From Balanoglossus misakiensis (Eukaryota > Animalia > Hemichordata), in the NCBI GenBank assembly GCA_040954595.2, contig CM082592.2:4232735-4296734 (forward strand): 64,000 nucleotides of DNA, written 5' to 3'. Both the position numbers and the translations under genes were made by a program. Position 1 is the first letter of the stretch. The number at the start of each line of letters is the position of its first letter. Shown one piece after another: positions 26,201 through 37,554 of the stretch. Below the pieces are notes generated by a model. The model was not told the origin of the DNA, made no database searches, and saw nothing but the letters and a program-made list of their open reading frames with translations.

Positions 26201-29200
26201 AAAGAGGCAACTGTTATGCGAGGATTAATTTTCGCATTCTCGTATTTCACTAACTGCATCATTATCTCCGAAAAGCATTTTACGCGACTTTTTATTTTCA
26301 CGTTTTTTTTGGCTCATGCGTATTTCGCGAAAATTTATTGCTCGTGAAAATAACCTGTTTTACAGTATTTTGTCTGAATATGCATTTCATTTTATGTAGT
26401 GTAATGTTTCCATTAAAATGAATAAAGAGTGGCCACTACATCTTTAGTCTAGAGTGCGTGTTTTTCACAATAGATGTATTTTCATACTTACAAGGAACGG
26501 TAACCTTCTCGAAAGGGAGTTGAAATCTCAGGTTTCAGCCAAACAAGAATGATGGATGGGAGGCCATAGAAGCGAAAGCTAATCAGAAATGATCGTTTAT
26601 CGGTGGAATTTCTGTCGGTCGTGTGTTTGAGGAAAATGCTGGTGCGCTGTAGTGATTCAAGTTCTGGCTGCACATTTTTAATGATTACATATTTCTGAAG
26701 ATGAATTCTTTTGGGCGAAGTGAGCTAGGTGTCGGCGGTTTGTACTAGTTGAGAATTCAGTCTTTTCAGTCAGAACATCTGATATTATCTTCTGAATTTG
26801 CTGTGAAATAAAACCGAGGTACATGCACTCTTCGTGAGACCCAGTTTTTGCCGGTGGCAAACAGTTTCAGATGCGAAAAAAAAATCTGAACTGATTGTCT
26901 CGGCTCGGCTAATTCAGCATGTCGTCTCTGTTTTTTTTTTCCCCACTCGTTTTCCGCAGGCCTTCAAGATGTGCGTGGAATCACTCCGTGAAATCACTGC
27001 GTGCATGCCCCTGAAAGCCCTCGTGGACGTCCTCAGACAAGCCTCCAAAGTTTGTGTGGTGAAGAGAGAGTTTAAGAAAGCGGAGATGCTTATCAAGCAT
27101 GCGGTCTATTTGGCAAAGTAAGTTGTCAGTGTGCAACGAGGTGACCTCCAGTGTCTGAACATTTTATTTGGTGAAAGTGGTCATCCTAATACTGTATTAT
27201 GACAATTAAACTTAAACATTTATTTCAAAAATTTTATTATCAGGAATTCCATTATTTACATTACAACTCTAAATTTACATATATAAAATGACATTCATAC
27301 ATAGCTTTACTGATGTAGACATCATTCCTTTCTATAGAACAGCAAAATTCAAAAGAGAAACCAAAGAGATATTACAAAAGTTATATTCTCAACAGTGTTT
27401 ATATTATTTCTTGCAAAAAGGATGAAAATTTAAATTTAAAAAGAATACCTATATACAGTGTACAATACTCTGACTGAAAATGTATGTAGAGAGAGACTTG
27501 ACTAAATATGTGATACTAAACAATGATTTATGAAATTTGTGTATTTGCAGGGAACACTTTGGTACACGTCACCCCAAGTATGCTGATGCCCTCCTAGACT
27601 ATGGCTTCTATTTACTTAATGTTGACTCAATAACTCAGTCTGTTATAGTGTACCAGGTGAGTTGAGATGACGACAGTGTTGAATTTCTGTGTACGAGTTG
27701 TCTCTCTGCATAAACCTCGTGTTGCAGCAATCAGGGTTTGGGATTTCAGCCGCTGTTTATCCTGAGATGGAATTTCCAGATTGTAAATTTATAACCGAAG
27801 TTGTAATCAGATTCAAAAGTATTTTCTTGTTGATGGAATTCCAAAGATTGCAACTGCTGTCTGTGTTTTCTTACTGATAGATGAAATTCACAGATTTAGA
27901 TTTGATTGAATAAAATCAGATTTACAGACAGCCCTGCACATTCAGCAGAAGTTTCAACGCACAAATCGTGCTGAAATATAACTTAAAAGTCAAACGTAAT
28001 TCTTGTGTATTTGCAGGGACATGATCTGCACCAGATCCGTCCTGAGAAAAATATTAATGGAGGCAAATTCACGTCTAATCACTCAAGTTATATTTAAGCA
28101 ATAAAACACCCCCAGCCATGGTATACCACGAGATTTTGACCAGTTCACGACATATACGCACGAGCGATAGGGAGTGCGTATATGGAGTTGAACTGGTCAA
28201 AATCGAGTGGTATACCATGGCTTGGGGTGTTTTACTGCTATTATATTATACCAGTATATTGAAACTTTGCATAAAACATTTTAAAAAGGCATTTTCTTTG
28301 ACTTTGAGTTTTGCGTGATATATGACTGTGGTATGTGACGAATATATCACAGTCACATGTCGTGTCTCGACCAATAAAATAGCATGATTTACACCATCAA
28401 TATACTGGTATAATATAATTTAGGATATTTCTACTTTATATTTTTGCTGTTTTATAATTAGGGGTTATTACACGGATTTTGGTCGATAACGCGACGCATT
28501 CTCGTGATGTCCGTATTTTGACTCGTTGCGAAGCGCAACTCGTCAAAATACGGACATCACTCGAATACGACGCGTTATCGACCAAAATCCATGTAATAAC
28601 CCCTTTATCATACATGCCTACCTATAAAACAGTACGATTTGCGAAAATGCGCCGAGAAAAACGATTTCAAATTTGAACCGGGCGCTGGGATCACGGCAGT
28701 AGCCATGTTGTGATGTATGACGTGTGGGCCGTAGTATAATTTTAAGGGGGTTGGAAGCTTTCATTACGATGGGCACATCCGCATTCTAAATAAAATTGTC
28801 TACGTTCTCTTTCAAAATATCATGTTAACAATTATTTTGCATTGAGAATTTCGAAGAACTAAAAATGATGCATTCAACATGACAAAACCGCCAGCTTTGA
28901 AAACTTTATTACAGCTTCTAATAACCGAATTTTACAACACCCCTCTCCACTAGAGTCCTATGCCCCGTGTGTCGCTCGCGCGCGCAGCGAACTGTCGCGC
29001 CGAGACGCGGTCGCGATATTTTCACATTGTGAAATACCGTAAAATATCTTCGGGGCGAGAACAATAGAAAGTGTTAAATACAGGCGTTGCATGTATGATA
29101 AATAATAATTATTACTTTTTCCTTTCCTGTTTGTTATTTGCTAGACTGCGTTGAATATCCGAATCACAGTGTTCAGTGGGTGTAACATCCACGTGGCCAT

Positions 29201-32200
29201 CGCACACGAAGACTTGGCATATTCGTCTTACGTGCACCAGTACAGCTCAGGAAAATTTTACAATGCACAGTAAGTACCGGTAGATGTTAATACAAATTAT
29301 GCAACCAAGAAACAGTTGGTGAAAAATTTTATTCTGACTGCTTCAGCTTTTAAAAGATTAGTAGAAGCTCAGTGTTTTGGTTTGTTTACCCAGCCTCTTC
29401 ATTTGAAGCTAGCTTTGTTATTGACAGTTGAATAGTGGTCCAGACTTACAATAAATTCCAATTTTCTAAATGCATTTTATGTGAGCTATGTAAATAGGGG
29501 CTATTTTGAAAATTGAAATAAGCTGTCGTTGGTACTCTGACAAAAGTATTTGGGGAAGATAATCGATAGATGTCTTTATAGTTGTGCCCTTGAATGTGGA
29601 AACTCGGATGAAATTGTTACATCCAAGATCCTTTATATGTTATGCAGCCGAATTTTTCGTGGTAATAAAAAAATGAGCTGAACAAAAATTCCAATTAGGG
29701 TTGATTTCATTACAACCACCACTTCCTACATTGTACTTCTCTAGCGGGAAGATGTATTCTTTGGGGGGGGGGGGGGGGGGGGAATCACAATCAGGTTTTC
29801 AGTCAGTCAGGCAGGTACATGTAAGGAGGTTCATCACAGCGCCTGGAGGTTGTAGGTCTGAAATGTCATTTGATAAGTACACCTCCACTGAAACCATTAT
29901 GCTGTCATTCATAGTGGTACTGTAAAACGGGTTATTTTCGCGACAGGTAATCTCCGCGATATCAGAAGAGGCAACTGTTACACGAGGATTAATTTTCGCG
30001 TTCTCGTATTTCACTAACTGCAACGTTATCTCCGAAAAACATTTTATATGCGACTTTTTATTTTCACATTATTTGGCTCTCGTGTATTTCGCTACAAATT
30101 TATTGCTCATGAAATAACCCGTTTGACGGTATTTTCTTGAATCCCTGCTGACGAGACTCTGACACGAACTGAACCGCTGCATTGTCTGCTTCCTTCTGTA
30201 TCGTATTCCCTCCACTGAAATAATCTGCCGGTTTCTTTTCAGCCACCATGCAGAGAAAGCCATCGAGATAATCACTCAGATTTTACCTGAAGATCATTTA
30301 CTTTTAGCCTCTTGTAAAAGAGTCAAAGGTATGAGAGATTTTTTTTTCCCCAAATGCAGTTTCCCCTTTTCTGTAACCTCCTCAAAGTGTTTGGCATGTC
30401 ATTGATGAGACTGTGCACTTGCCACTTAGAATTCGAATCTGAGTACATCTTGAAAACTTCAAAGTTCATCGGCTGTACGGTGACCTCAGATTTGTTTTGC
30501 ACTCTTGTTTTTAAAAAAATGAAGGGTGCACCTAAGGTGAAAAAGCTAGGAATGGCTGCCAGCAGGCACTGTTTTGTACTCAATCCCGTCTATTGCCGTT
30601 ATTTTGATACATTGATGATTGGGTATGACTTGCAACAGCCATGAATATTAATGAGTATGAATATTAATGAGCTTGAATATTAATATCAAGTCTAGCTGGG
30701 CATAACCCTTTTGTGGATCACCAAGTTTTGTACTTTCGAAAATGCTTCTGTTTTTTGATCGCTTGTTATCACAAAGTCTACTCCTGTGTGTTTTACAAAA
30801 TGATTTTTTCTTCTTCTTCATATCTCTCAGCACTAATACTGGAAGAGATTGCCATAGACAGTCACAACAAAGAAACAGAGGCCCAGCTTCTACACGAGGC
30901 CCAGGAACTGCACCTGTCCTCGCTCAACTTGGCCAAGAAAGCCTTTGGAGAGATCAACGTGCAAACAGCCAAACATTATGGGAATTTAGGACGCCTCTAC
31001 CAATCTATGCACCGGTTCAAGGTGAGAGTTCAAAGGGCAAGGGTCAATTTCAATGTGGCATCCAAATGATTGTTCCAACAGGTTGTATTTGGAAAGCTGC
31101 TGGCATCCGAGAAATATGAATAAACAGGTATTTGTGTAGGCAAGTTGATGTATAGCGTAATGTGCAGGCACAGCATAAATATGTGGCAAAATAAAAAAAT
31201 GAATATAAAATTGATGTAATTATAAAGTAGTTCCACCCCATTTCTCTGCGTATGGTTCCAACCTAGACTCTCTCACAGCCCACGGTTCGCTACAAGCTCC
31301 TCACTGATGCGCCCTCAACCATTTGGCAAGGGAGAAGCACCGTTTGGTGTTGTGAAGCGAAGACACGTGCAATCAGACCATAAGCCTGCATGGACGGCGA
31401 GAGGGGTGGTGAGAGAGTCTAGGTTCCAACCCTAGTATTAAAAACCATAGTATTAAAAACAATGGAGTTGTGCCGACGTTCAGTCTCAAGAGTTTGAAAT
31501 TCTGTACCAAGTCTAGATTTTAAAGGCCCCGTTTTCTGCTTGCCTCGCCAGGAAGCTGAGGAGATGCACGTGAAGGCGATTGAGATCAAGGAGAAGCTAC
31601 TGGGCGAGGAAGACTACGAGGTGGCCCTGTCTGTCGGCCATCTGGCCTCGCTGTACAACTACGACATGAGCATGTACCAAGAGGCCGAGAAGCTGTACCT
31701 GAGGTCCATAGCCATAGGTGAGTGCGGTTGTCATGTCCGTCGTCGAGCACGAGCGAAGCAAAGACGGGTTGCAGTCGTTCGGTGTACGATAATGCAGGTC
31801 ACGCTGGCTGTGTCGGGTCTGCTGCATTGTTGGCTGTTGTGGTTTGCAGAAGTGCACGTACATTGTAGGGATCTGGTTCACTTAGTAGACACGACTATAC
31901 CCCCTGGGCGATACCATTATTTTTTAGGGGGCGAGGGGTGGCAGTGAGGGTGAGTTAGGGTTAGGGTTAGGAGGGTTAGGGGTGGCAATGTGAAGTGTAT
32001 AACCCTAACCTTAACCCTCCTAATCCTTACCCTAAAAAATAATGGTATCGCCCAGGGGGTATAGTCGTGTCCACTAAGTGAACCAGATCCCATTGTAGTC
32101 CCGCTTTCCAGAACTCGTACGCACCGCCAATGCGAAGTGTGCCACTAAGCGGTAGGATGTAGTGTGGGGCGAAACGACGCCGTATATTCTGAAGTATGTT

Positions 32201-32770
32201 ACCAAGAGATGTCAATGCACGAATGTTATGGATACTACGCACTTGTGGACTGCGAGAGCCAAAACTATCAGCACTGACCATGTTTTGGCAAGGGATTTGC
32301 AGATGTTGTGCACAGTACACCAAAGACAAACTCACTCCTCCCTGTAGATGAACCATTTGCACCCTGACCTTTTGGTGACCTATGACATCATCATTCGGAA
32401 TTTTCGTCCTAGCCAGGTTCAAAGGGTTAATCTCACAGTAAATGCTTTCTTTTTACGTTCGGATTTTCCTGGTTTTATGCGATTTTGAATTCTTGATCTT
32501 TCTCCGGTTTTCCCAGGAAAAAAGCTGTTTGGTGCCGGGTACAGCGGATTGGAGTACGACTACAGGGGACTGATCAAACTGTACAACTCGCTGGGGGACT
32601 ACGGCAAAGTTGTGGAGTTCCACCAAGTTCTGAGCAACTGGAATCTGCTGCGGGAGAAGATCGAAGGTCCCGAGGACGTGCTGGAGGACCTGGCCCGGCA
32701 CAAGCCCGCCACAACCCAGGACGTGGTGCAGCAGTTTCTGCACGGCGTGTTCAAGCTGAAGGAAGACTGA
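17261..32770 (+). CDS. APPBP2: Amyloid protein-binding protein 2 (TPR protein, CRL2 substrate receptor), 586 aa, 12 exons
   Basis: Exons 17261-17401, 19359-19447, 21462-21613, 25239-25362, 25831-25999, 26960-27117, 27551-27656, 29145-29269, 30243-30328, 30831-31021, 31552-31717, 32517-32770; all GT-AG, 1761 nt, in frame. Diagnostic peptides LEWMPESLY, QFDIYYKLYTQGRLCQLG, ALILEEIAID, QTAKHYGNLGRLYQSM, EDYEVALSVGHLASLYNYDM, YSGLEYDYRGLIKLYNS. Confidence 0.97.
22792..23012. mobile_element. Tc/pogo-like MITE (TA TSD, CTGTAAAAC termini), family T1
   Basis: TA-ctgtaaaacgggaaatttt ... aaaatttcccgttttacag-TA. Related copies at 25527-25734, 26157-26365, 29920-30129, 57186-57385, 62971-63103; partial copies at ~21325-21420, ~34997-35035, ~56456-56669. 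Confidence 0.85.
24989..25097. repeat. Minisatellite, ~3 copies of tgaagatg(ttaa)tattacaaaataatttt
   Basis: Directly visible tandem units of about 33-37 bp. Confidence 0.7.
25527..25734. mobile_element. T1 MITE
   Basis: TA-ctgtaaaacactttatttt ... aaaataaagtgttttacag-TA. Confidence 0.8.
26157..26365. mobile_element. T1 MITE
   Basis: tgtaaaacgggttatttt ... aaaataacctgttttacag-TA; internal sequence shared with the 29920 and 57186 copies. Confidence 0.8.
28094..28419. mobile_element. Hairpin-plus-inverted-repeat element, family H1 (second copy at 37961-38277)
   Basis: 143-bp imperfect palindrome at 28097-28239, then a 23-bp perfect IR pair attatattataccagtatattga (28240-28262) / tcaatatactggtataatataat (28397-28419). 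Confidence 0.8.
28460..29102. mobile_element. Hairpin-plus-inverted-repeat element, family H2
   Basis: 145-bp imperfect palindrome at 28460-28604 with GCGAAGC at the apex, then IR pair tttatcatacatgc (28604-28617) / gcatgtatgataaa (29089-29102). Confidence 0.75.
29920..30129. mobile_element. T1 MITE
   Basis: TA-ctgtaaaacgggttatttt ... aaataacccgtttgacgg-TA. Confidence 0.8.
31264..31421. mobile_element. 158-bp MITE with a long TSD
   Basis: TIR tagactctctcac / gtgagagagtcta flanked by direct repeat ggttccaacc (31254-31263, 31422-31431). The TSD is 8 bp if the TIR is extended by one base. Confidence 0.75.
31869..32090. mobile_element. Fold-back MITE with 8-bp TSD and internal inverted telomere-like repeats (Merlin-like)
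   Basis: TSD cattgtag at 31861-31868 and 32091-32098; ~60-bp TIR ggatctggttcacttagt...; core ttagggttagggttagg ... aaccctaaccttaaccct. Confidence 0.85.
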
Positions 32771-35700
32771 AGAGTCACTGCGTGCGGATGCCGCCTCGGT
32801 CGTGGTTTCGCTGGAAGGTTCTTAAGAAGAACGCTGAACGACAAATCTTGTAACCCGCGAACACATATGCATCGGTGATCTCTATGCCTTTGTTGTGAGA
32901 GACGCAGTGTGTGATTGGTGGATCGGTTGGCGGAAGGGACTGCTCGACCAATCGGTGCAAGGTTTACACACCAGGTGCAGGTCACCCCTTTAGATTTACA
33001 TCATAGTGGATCCTCGTCCAAATGAGCGTGTTTTAGTGACAATAATCGGTCCACGATGACAATGTACATTAATCTTTTTTGTAAAAATTTTACAGTCGTT
33101 GTACAGTCACTGAAATCCATAGAGTAGAAGAAGCACGACAGAATTGAACTTTCCCCGTCCCTCCCCTCCTATTTCGCTATGGATCAAACCAAGCTACATG
33201 TATGAATAACAATGGGGTTGTACCAAACTGTTTTGGTGGAGGGGTAAGAATAAAACAAGACAAGCAAAATTGTGTACGAATGCTTGGCTTTAGAAATATT
33301 TTTGTGCAACTACAAAGAAATGTACTTCATCTTATCCCATCAGTAAATACACACACTAAAATTTAAATCCTGCCAACATATTTGGAATTTCTGGAAGAAG
33401 GAAGATCAGATGATCGTTTTCTTGTCTGGTGATATTTAAAAAAATGGAACCTATTGATCCTCTGGTTTATTCTGTGAGCTTGTTGCAGCAAAATTGATGC
33501 TCACTTCACTGCCGATGTTTCATCTTTAAAAAATCTAATTTGGTTTTCTGCACACTCACTGTACTTGTGCAGAAAGTGAACCTGTGAGGTCGAAACCCAA
33601 AAGACGAGTGGCACCCTTTCCTTTATAAATGGAGTTTGTAATTGGCTGTGATGAGATTTGTGTTGCAATTTGTAAGTTCAAAAAAGAGAGAAAGTGTCTG
33701 GGATAAGATTTCAGTTGTGAAGAATTCACCGTTACGATAGCAAAACTGTTGGCTTCTTTGGAGTGTCATTTTTTATAGCAGTGCCAAAAAAATGGCCAAC
33801 ATTTGGCCAAAATAATGTACTCAGTTGAGATTTTCGGTTCTCAGGAAAATTTCTATAATTCAATTGATGTGGCGTATGTACTGCAAATAGTAGACGATTT
33901 GGGGTACGGCGACTATGTGGAGCAAAAAAAACCGACAGGCTTCTCATCGAATCATCTTCTCTAACATGTCTTTGCGATATTTGTCGTTTTGAGGTACATG
34001 TAGTGGCCTTTAGCACAAAAGCATTTTGTCAAGTGGACTATTAGTAAAAAGGAACAAAAAATAGAAACACGACTTACTTCGAAATATCAAAGTTCACTGT
34101 AATCAGATTACTGCAGATGTATCTCTGTGATATTTCCTATGCGAAAAAAAATTGCAGTGCAACTCGATCTTAGTACATGAAGAAATAATGGAAAGGTCAA
34201 AGTTCACAACTGATGCAAATACAAGTATTAATGGTGAGGATTTTAAAAGGATAGGGAAAAGACTTGAAGTATTTTTCTGTGGAAAAAAATATATGTGAAA
34301 TTTGGCAGCTATAGGAGCTTTAATTTGTCGTAGTGAAACTATCGTGGAAATACAATTTGGGGTAAATCAGTTTTTCTTAATATTGTAACAAAATATACCC
34401 TACCCCCTCCTCCAATCCTGGTGTTTGTCGTAAATCCATGGAAACACGATACGGCAGCAAACGTGATGGGCCCGAAACAAAACTGATTCGTGTAGAGATC
34501 ATCTTCCATGTAATACAATACAGAAACAGAATAGGAAGCGTGTGAGGTAAACAGCTCACAGTATTATCCCGGCTGCGAAAAATGACAAGTCGTGGGAAGG
34601 GAGAGCAGCAAGGGTTTTATAAGAATAATCCGTTTCGACCCCAGTTGAATTATGCACTCCAGCCTCTGACTTGCTGGAGATACAGAGTATGAAGACTTTT
34701 GTACCCCAGCAACCAATCCATTTCATGTCCGTAACAGTGGATGACAAACGTTATTCGTTGCAACCAGTGGAATCCAAAGTTGCCAAGTGTCTCTGACTTG
34801 CCAAATGTTTCAGCGTTTCAGAGACAAAACCTTCATTATGGTCAGCTGTGTGTGCGCAGTTTTAAGCTGTATACATTTAGTCTCCAATTTCTCTTTAAAT
34901 AATTGGCTTGTATTTTATTCGGACAAATGAGCTTCTTAGTATATTCCTTATGTAACATGTCTTTACATCTGAAAACCCTATGAAATCTTGCAGAGTACTG
35001 TAAAACGGGATATTTTCACAACAGAAAATTTTCGGGATGAGTAGAAAATCTGCTCCGATAATTCCATCCTTTGAAATGAGATTTGAGCTGTTCATTTCGA
35101 GTGTACTCCATGAAAAGTACATCACTTGAGGTCTGTGTGTACCCAATATTAATCATTTCTTTGCTTGTTTCAAAACAAGATAAAATTTCCGGATATATAA
35201 TGCTACTTGTAATATCACAGCATCTCAAGTTTTGCAAACACACTGGTGTATACGGTTCATAGACAAGATGCAAGTATTTAGAATTCATATATGCAAATCG
35301 ATTGAAGTAAAACAGTGACTGGTTTCCATAAGCTTGTTGTGAAATACTTTCGGTTCTTGCAGGGACAGTGTTTGCAGGAGAAATGTCACAGCATGCAACC
35401 TGCCATTCTGTTGTGGGGTTGTTTGTTCATAAGAGTGTGGAATTTGACCCCCAACCCATAGAGGGCGCCCTTCAATTGAGGAACGAGTCTGTTTTGGTAC
35501 CGGGTATTTCTCAAAACTGTCATAGGTTGGACCATGATGGTCGGATGCTTTCGTTGAATCTTCTTGTTTGTAAACTTTGCAATGGGTGTAAGTCACACAT
35601 GAATGAGGAAAAACAGTACCACTGAAATAGTTGTTATTCAATGTAGTCAAAGCCTCCACTCCACCCCATTGGCAGCTGTCTCCAACCTTCCCAGAATCCT

Positions 35701-36451
35701 CCAATACTATCACCTCAGCGTCACGTGCGACCACAAACCAAGGTGATTCACTTGAGACACAAATGTAGGACATGAATCATGCATAGTCAATGAGTTCTGT
35801 AGAATGGAGATTGTCCCAATGGTAATTTGAAATTTGTTTTCATTTGCCAATTTTTAATTACCCCGAGATTGAGTTTTGTTTCTTTCGGAGATAACTCACT
35901 TTGTGCACTTTAATTACATGTATTGTGACTTGTAAATACTTATATTCTTGGCTTAATTCAGTTTCAAACATTTTCAGGAATTTAGGTTGGATGGAAGATG
36001 ATTTGTGTACATTATTTTGACTAGATCAGTATTATAGGTTGGACTACAGAAGATACGATTTCTGTACATTATTTTGATCGGGTCAGTATTATTGTTGAAC
36101 TTCATTCGCAAGAGACAATCACGTTTTTTGGTCAGTTTTATCCCATTGCGTGATGGGATGTTTATGTAAATGATATTTGCAAAGCTCTGGCCACATCGCC
36201 GGGCATTTCTGAACGCAGTTGTTCTAATCTGATTGTTTACATCACAAGTGTACTTATTCTGAAGTAATTGTCACTGTAAATTAAAAAAAAGAAGTGACTT
36301 TGTCTTTTACTGAGAACTGTTTGGTTGAGAGACCTGATCTGAGACGGCTCTGAACATGGTACACCATTTACGACAGCACAATAAATTTGACACACCTCTG
36401 ATTGTCTTCTTTAATATGACTGTGTGTTGGTTCCCATGTTTGGTTTATTAA

Positions 36452-36772
36452 AGCCTCTATAGCTGTCAAATTTCACATATTTTTTTCCACAGTAAAATAC
36501 TTCAAATATATTCCATATTACTTGTATTTGCATCAGTTTGTCATCTCTTGCCGACGCATACCACGATAGCTGCGTACTGTCTGTATGGAGGCTGATTAAA
36601 TCGGTGCGGCACCTGTTTTAATACATAGCGTATTCAAATTGCTACATACAGCCACAATCGGGCATCGATAAGGTGTTCACGTATACTTATCAGTAAGCTG
36701 ATTTAGATGGACCAATTTAAGTTGGAAAATAAAATCACGAAAATAATACAAAAAGTGGCAGCTCTAGAGGCT
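36452..36772. mobile_element. Kolobok-like MITE (an inverted related end lies at ~34210-34324)
   Basis: TTAA-agcctctatagctg ... cagctctagaggct-TTAA. Its left ~90 bp are the reverse complement of tgatgcaaatacaagta...aaatttggcagctataggagctTTAA. Confidence 0.75.
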
Positions 36773-37126
36773 TTAATTTTTAGGGGGGGGAGGGGTTGCA
36801 TCCTTTTTAGTCTGTGTGACCCCTCAGTGCATGACGATGGTGTTTTACGTCATTTGGAACCCCACATTTCCTCGGCATACCCTCCACACATACACCAACA
36901 CTCTCAAGAAGAGCACTGGGCCCTGCAAACTCACTATCCCAACTATCAGTGAGGTCCCTTTTCCATCTTGTGCCAGTGTTTATTTGTCTGCCTTCAATCG
37001 CTGGCGTAGAATAGTGCACAGCAATTTTTCAAAAAAATAATAGAAAGCCGAACCATATCAAAGAGTAAAAACACTACTGTCTTGTGCATCGGCGCTTTGG
37101 TTGGAAATGGCGTTTGGTAGCCACAT

Positions 37127-37132
37127 TTTATT
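37127..37132 (-). terminator. Candidate NOC4L poly(A) signal
   Basis: AATAAA on the minus strand about 310 nt downstream of the NOC4L stop codon. Confidence 0.4.
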
Positions 37133-37440
37133 GTAAAGGTAGTTCTTACAAGAAAATTGTATCATATAATAATATACATGTACAACAAAACAGATGAGCT
37201 CGAGCAGTACTCAGCGACCTGGAATCGTTTTCGCATCGTCTGCTTGGAGATAACGCCATACTTTTGGAAAAAGGCGTATGCGTATGCGGAACCGTACCAG
37301 CCCAACAGGGATGTCAATCTATGCAGCAGTGTCTTCTAGTGCCACACTGTTATTAAAACTCCCCATCATCCCACTAGAACCGTGCAATACCCTGTGCTAT
37401 GTCAGTCCACAAAAATCTTCTGTGATGTGTCACACATGCA

Positions 37441-37554
37441 CTAGAGAGTCCACAACCCTTTCATGGTGTCGTTCCTTCCCCCAAACAGACCCTTCGGGAC
37501 TTCAAATTCTAAAGGCACTTTCTTCATTTTTTTCTTGGCTTCCTCGTCGAAAAG
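37441..37554 (-). CDS. NOC4L: NOC4L terminal exon (LFDEEAKKKMKKVPLEFEVPKGLFGGRNDTMKGLWTL*)
   Basis: ccgcag acceptor; phase 0 matches the GAG|gtttg donor at 56001/56000. The VPLEF..xGL motif matches the recalled NOC4L C-terminus. Confidence 0.85.
   Translation of the reverse strand, partial: LFDEEAKKKMKKVPLEFEVPKGLFGGRNDTMKGLWTL

Noticed and set aside
26107-26301. Similar short ORFs at 26107, 29799 and 57071 (..INPR.TVA..)
   Set aside because: Chance translation of the same non-coding T1 MITE.
31950-32030. TTAGGG repeats as a chromosome end or fusion site
   Set aside because: They are internal to a TIR element with a TSD in an APPBP2 intron.
35285-35773. 162-aa minus-strand ORF
   Set aside because: No recognisable domain or exon context; it lies between the convergent 3' ends of APPBP2 and NOC4L.
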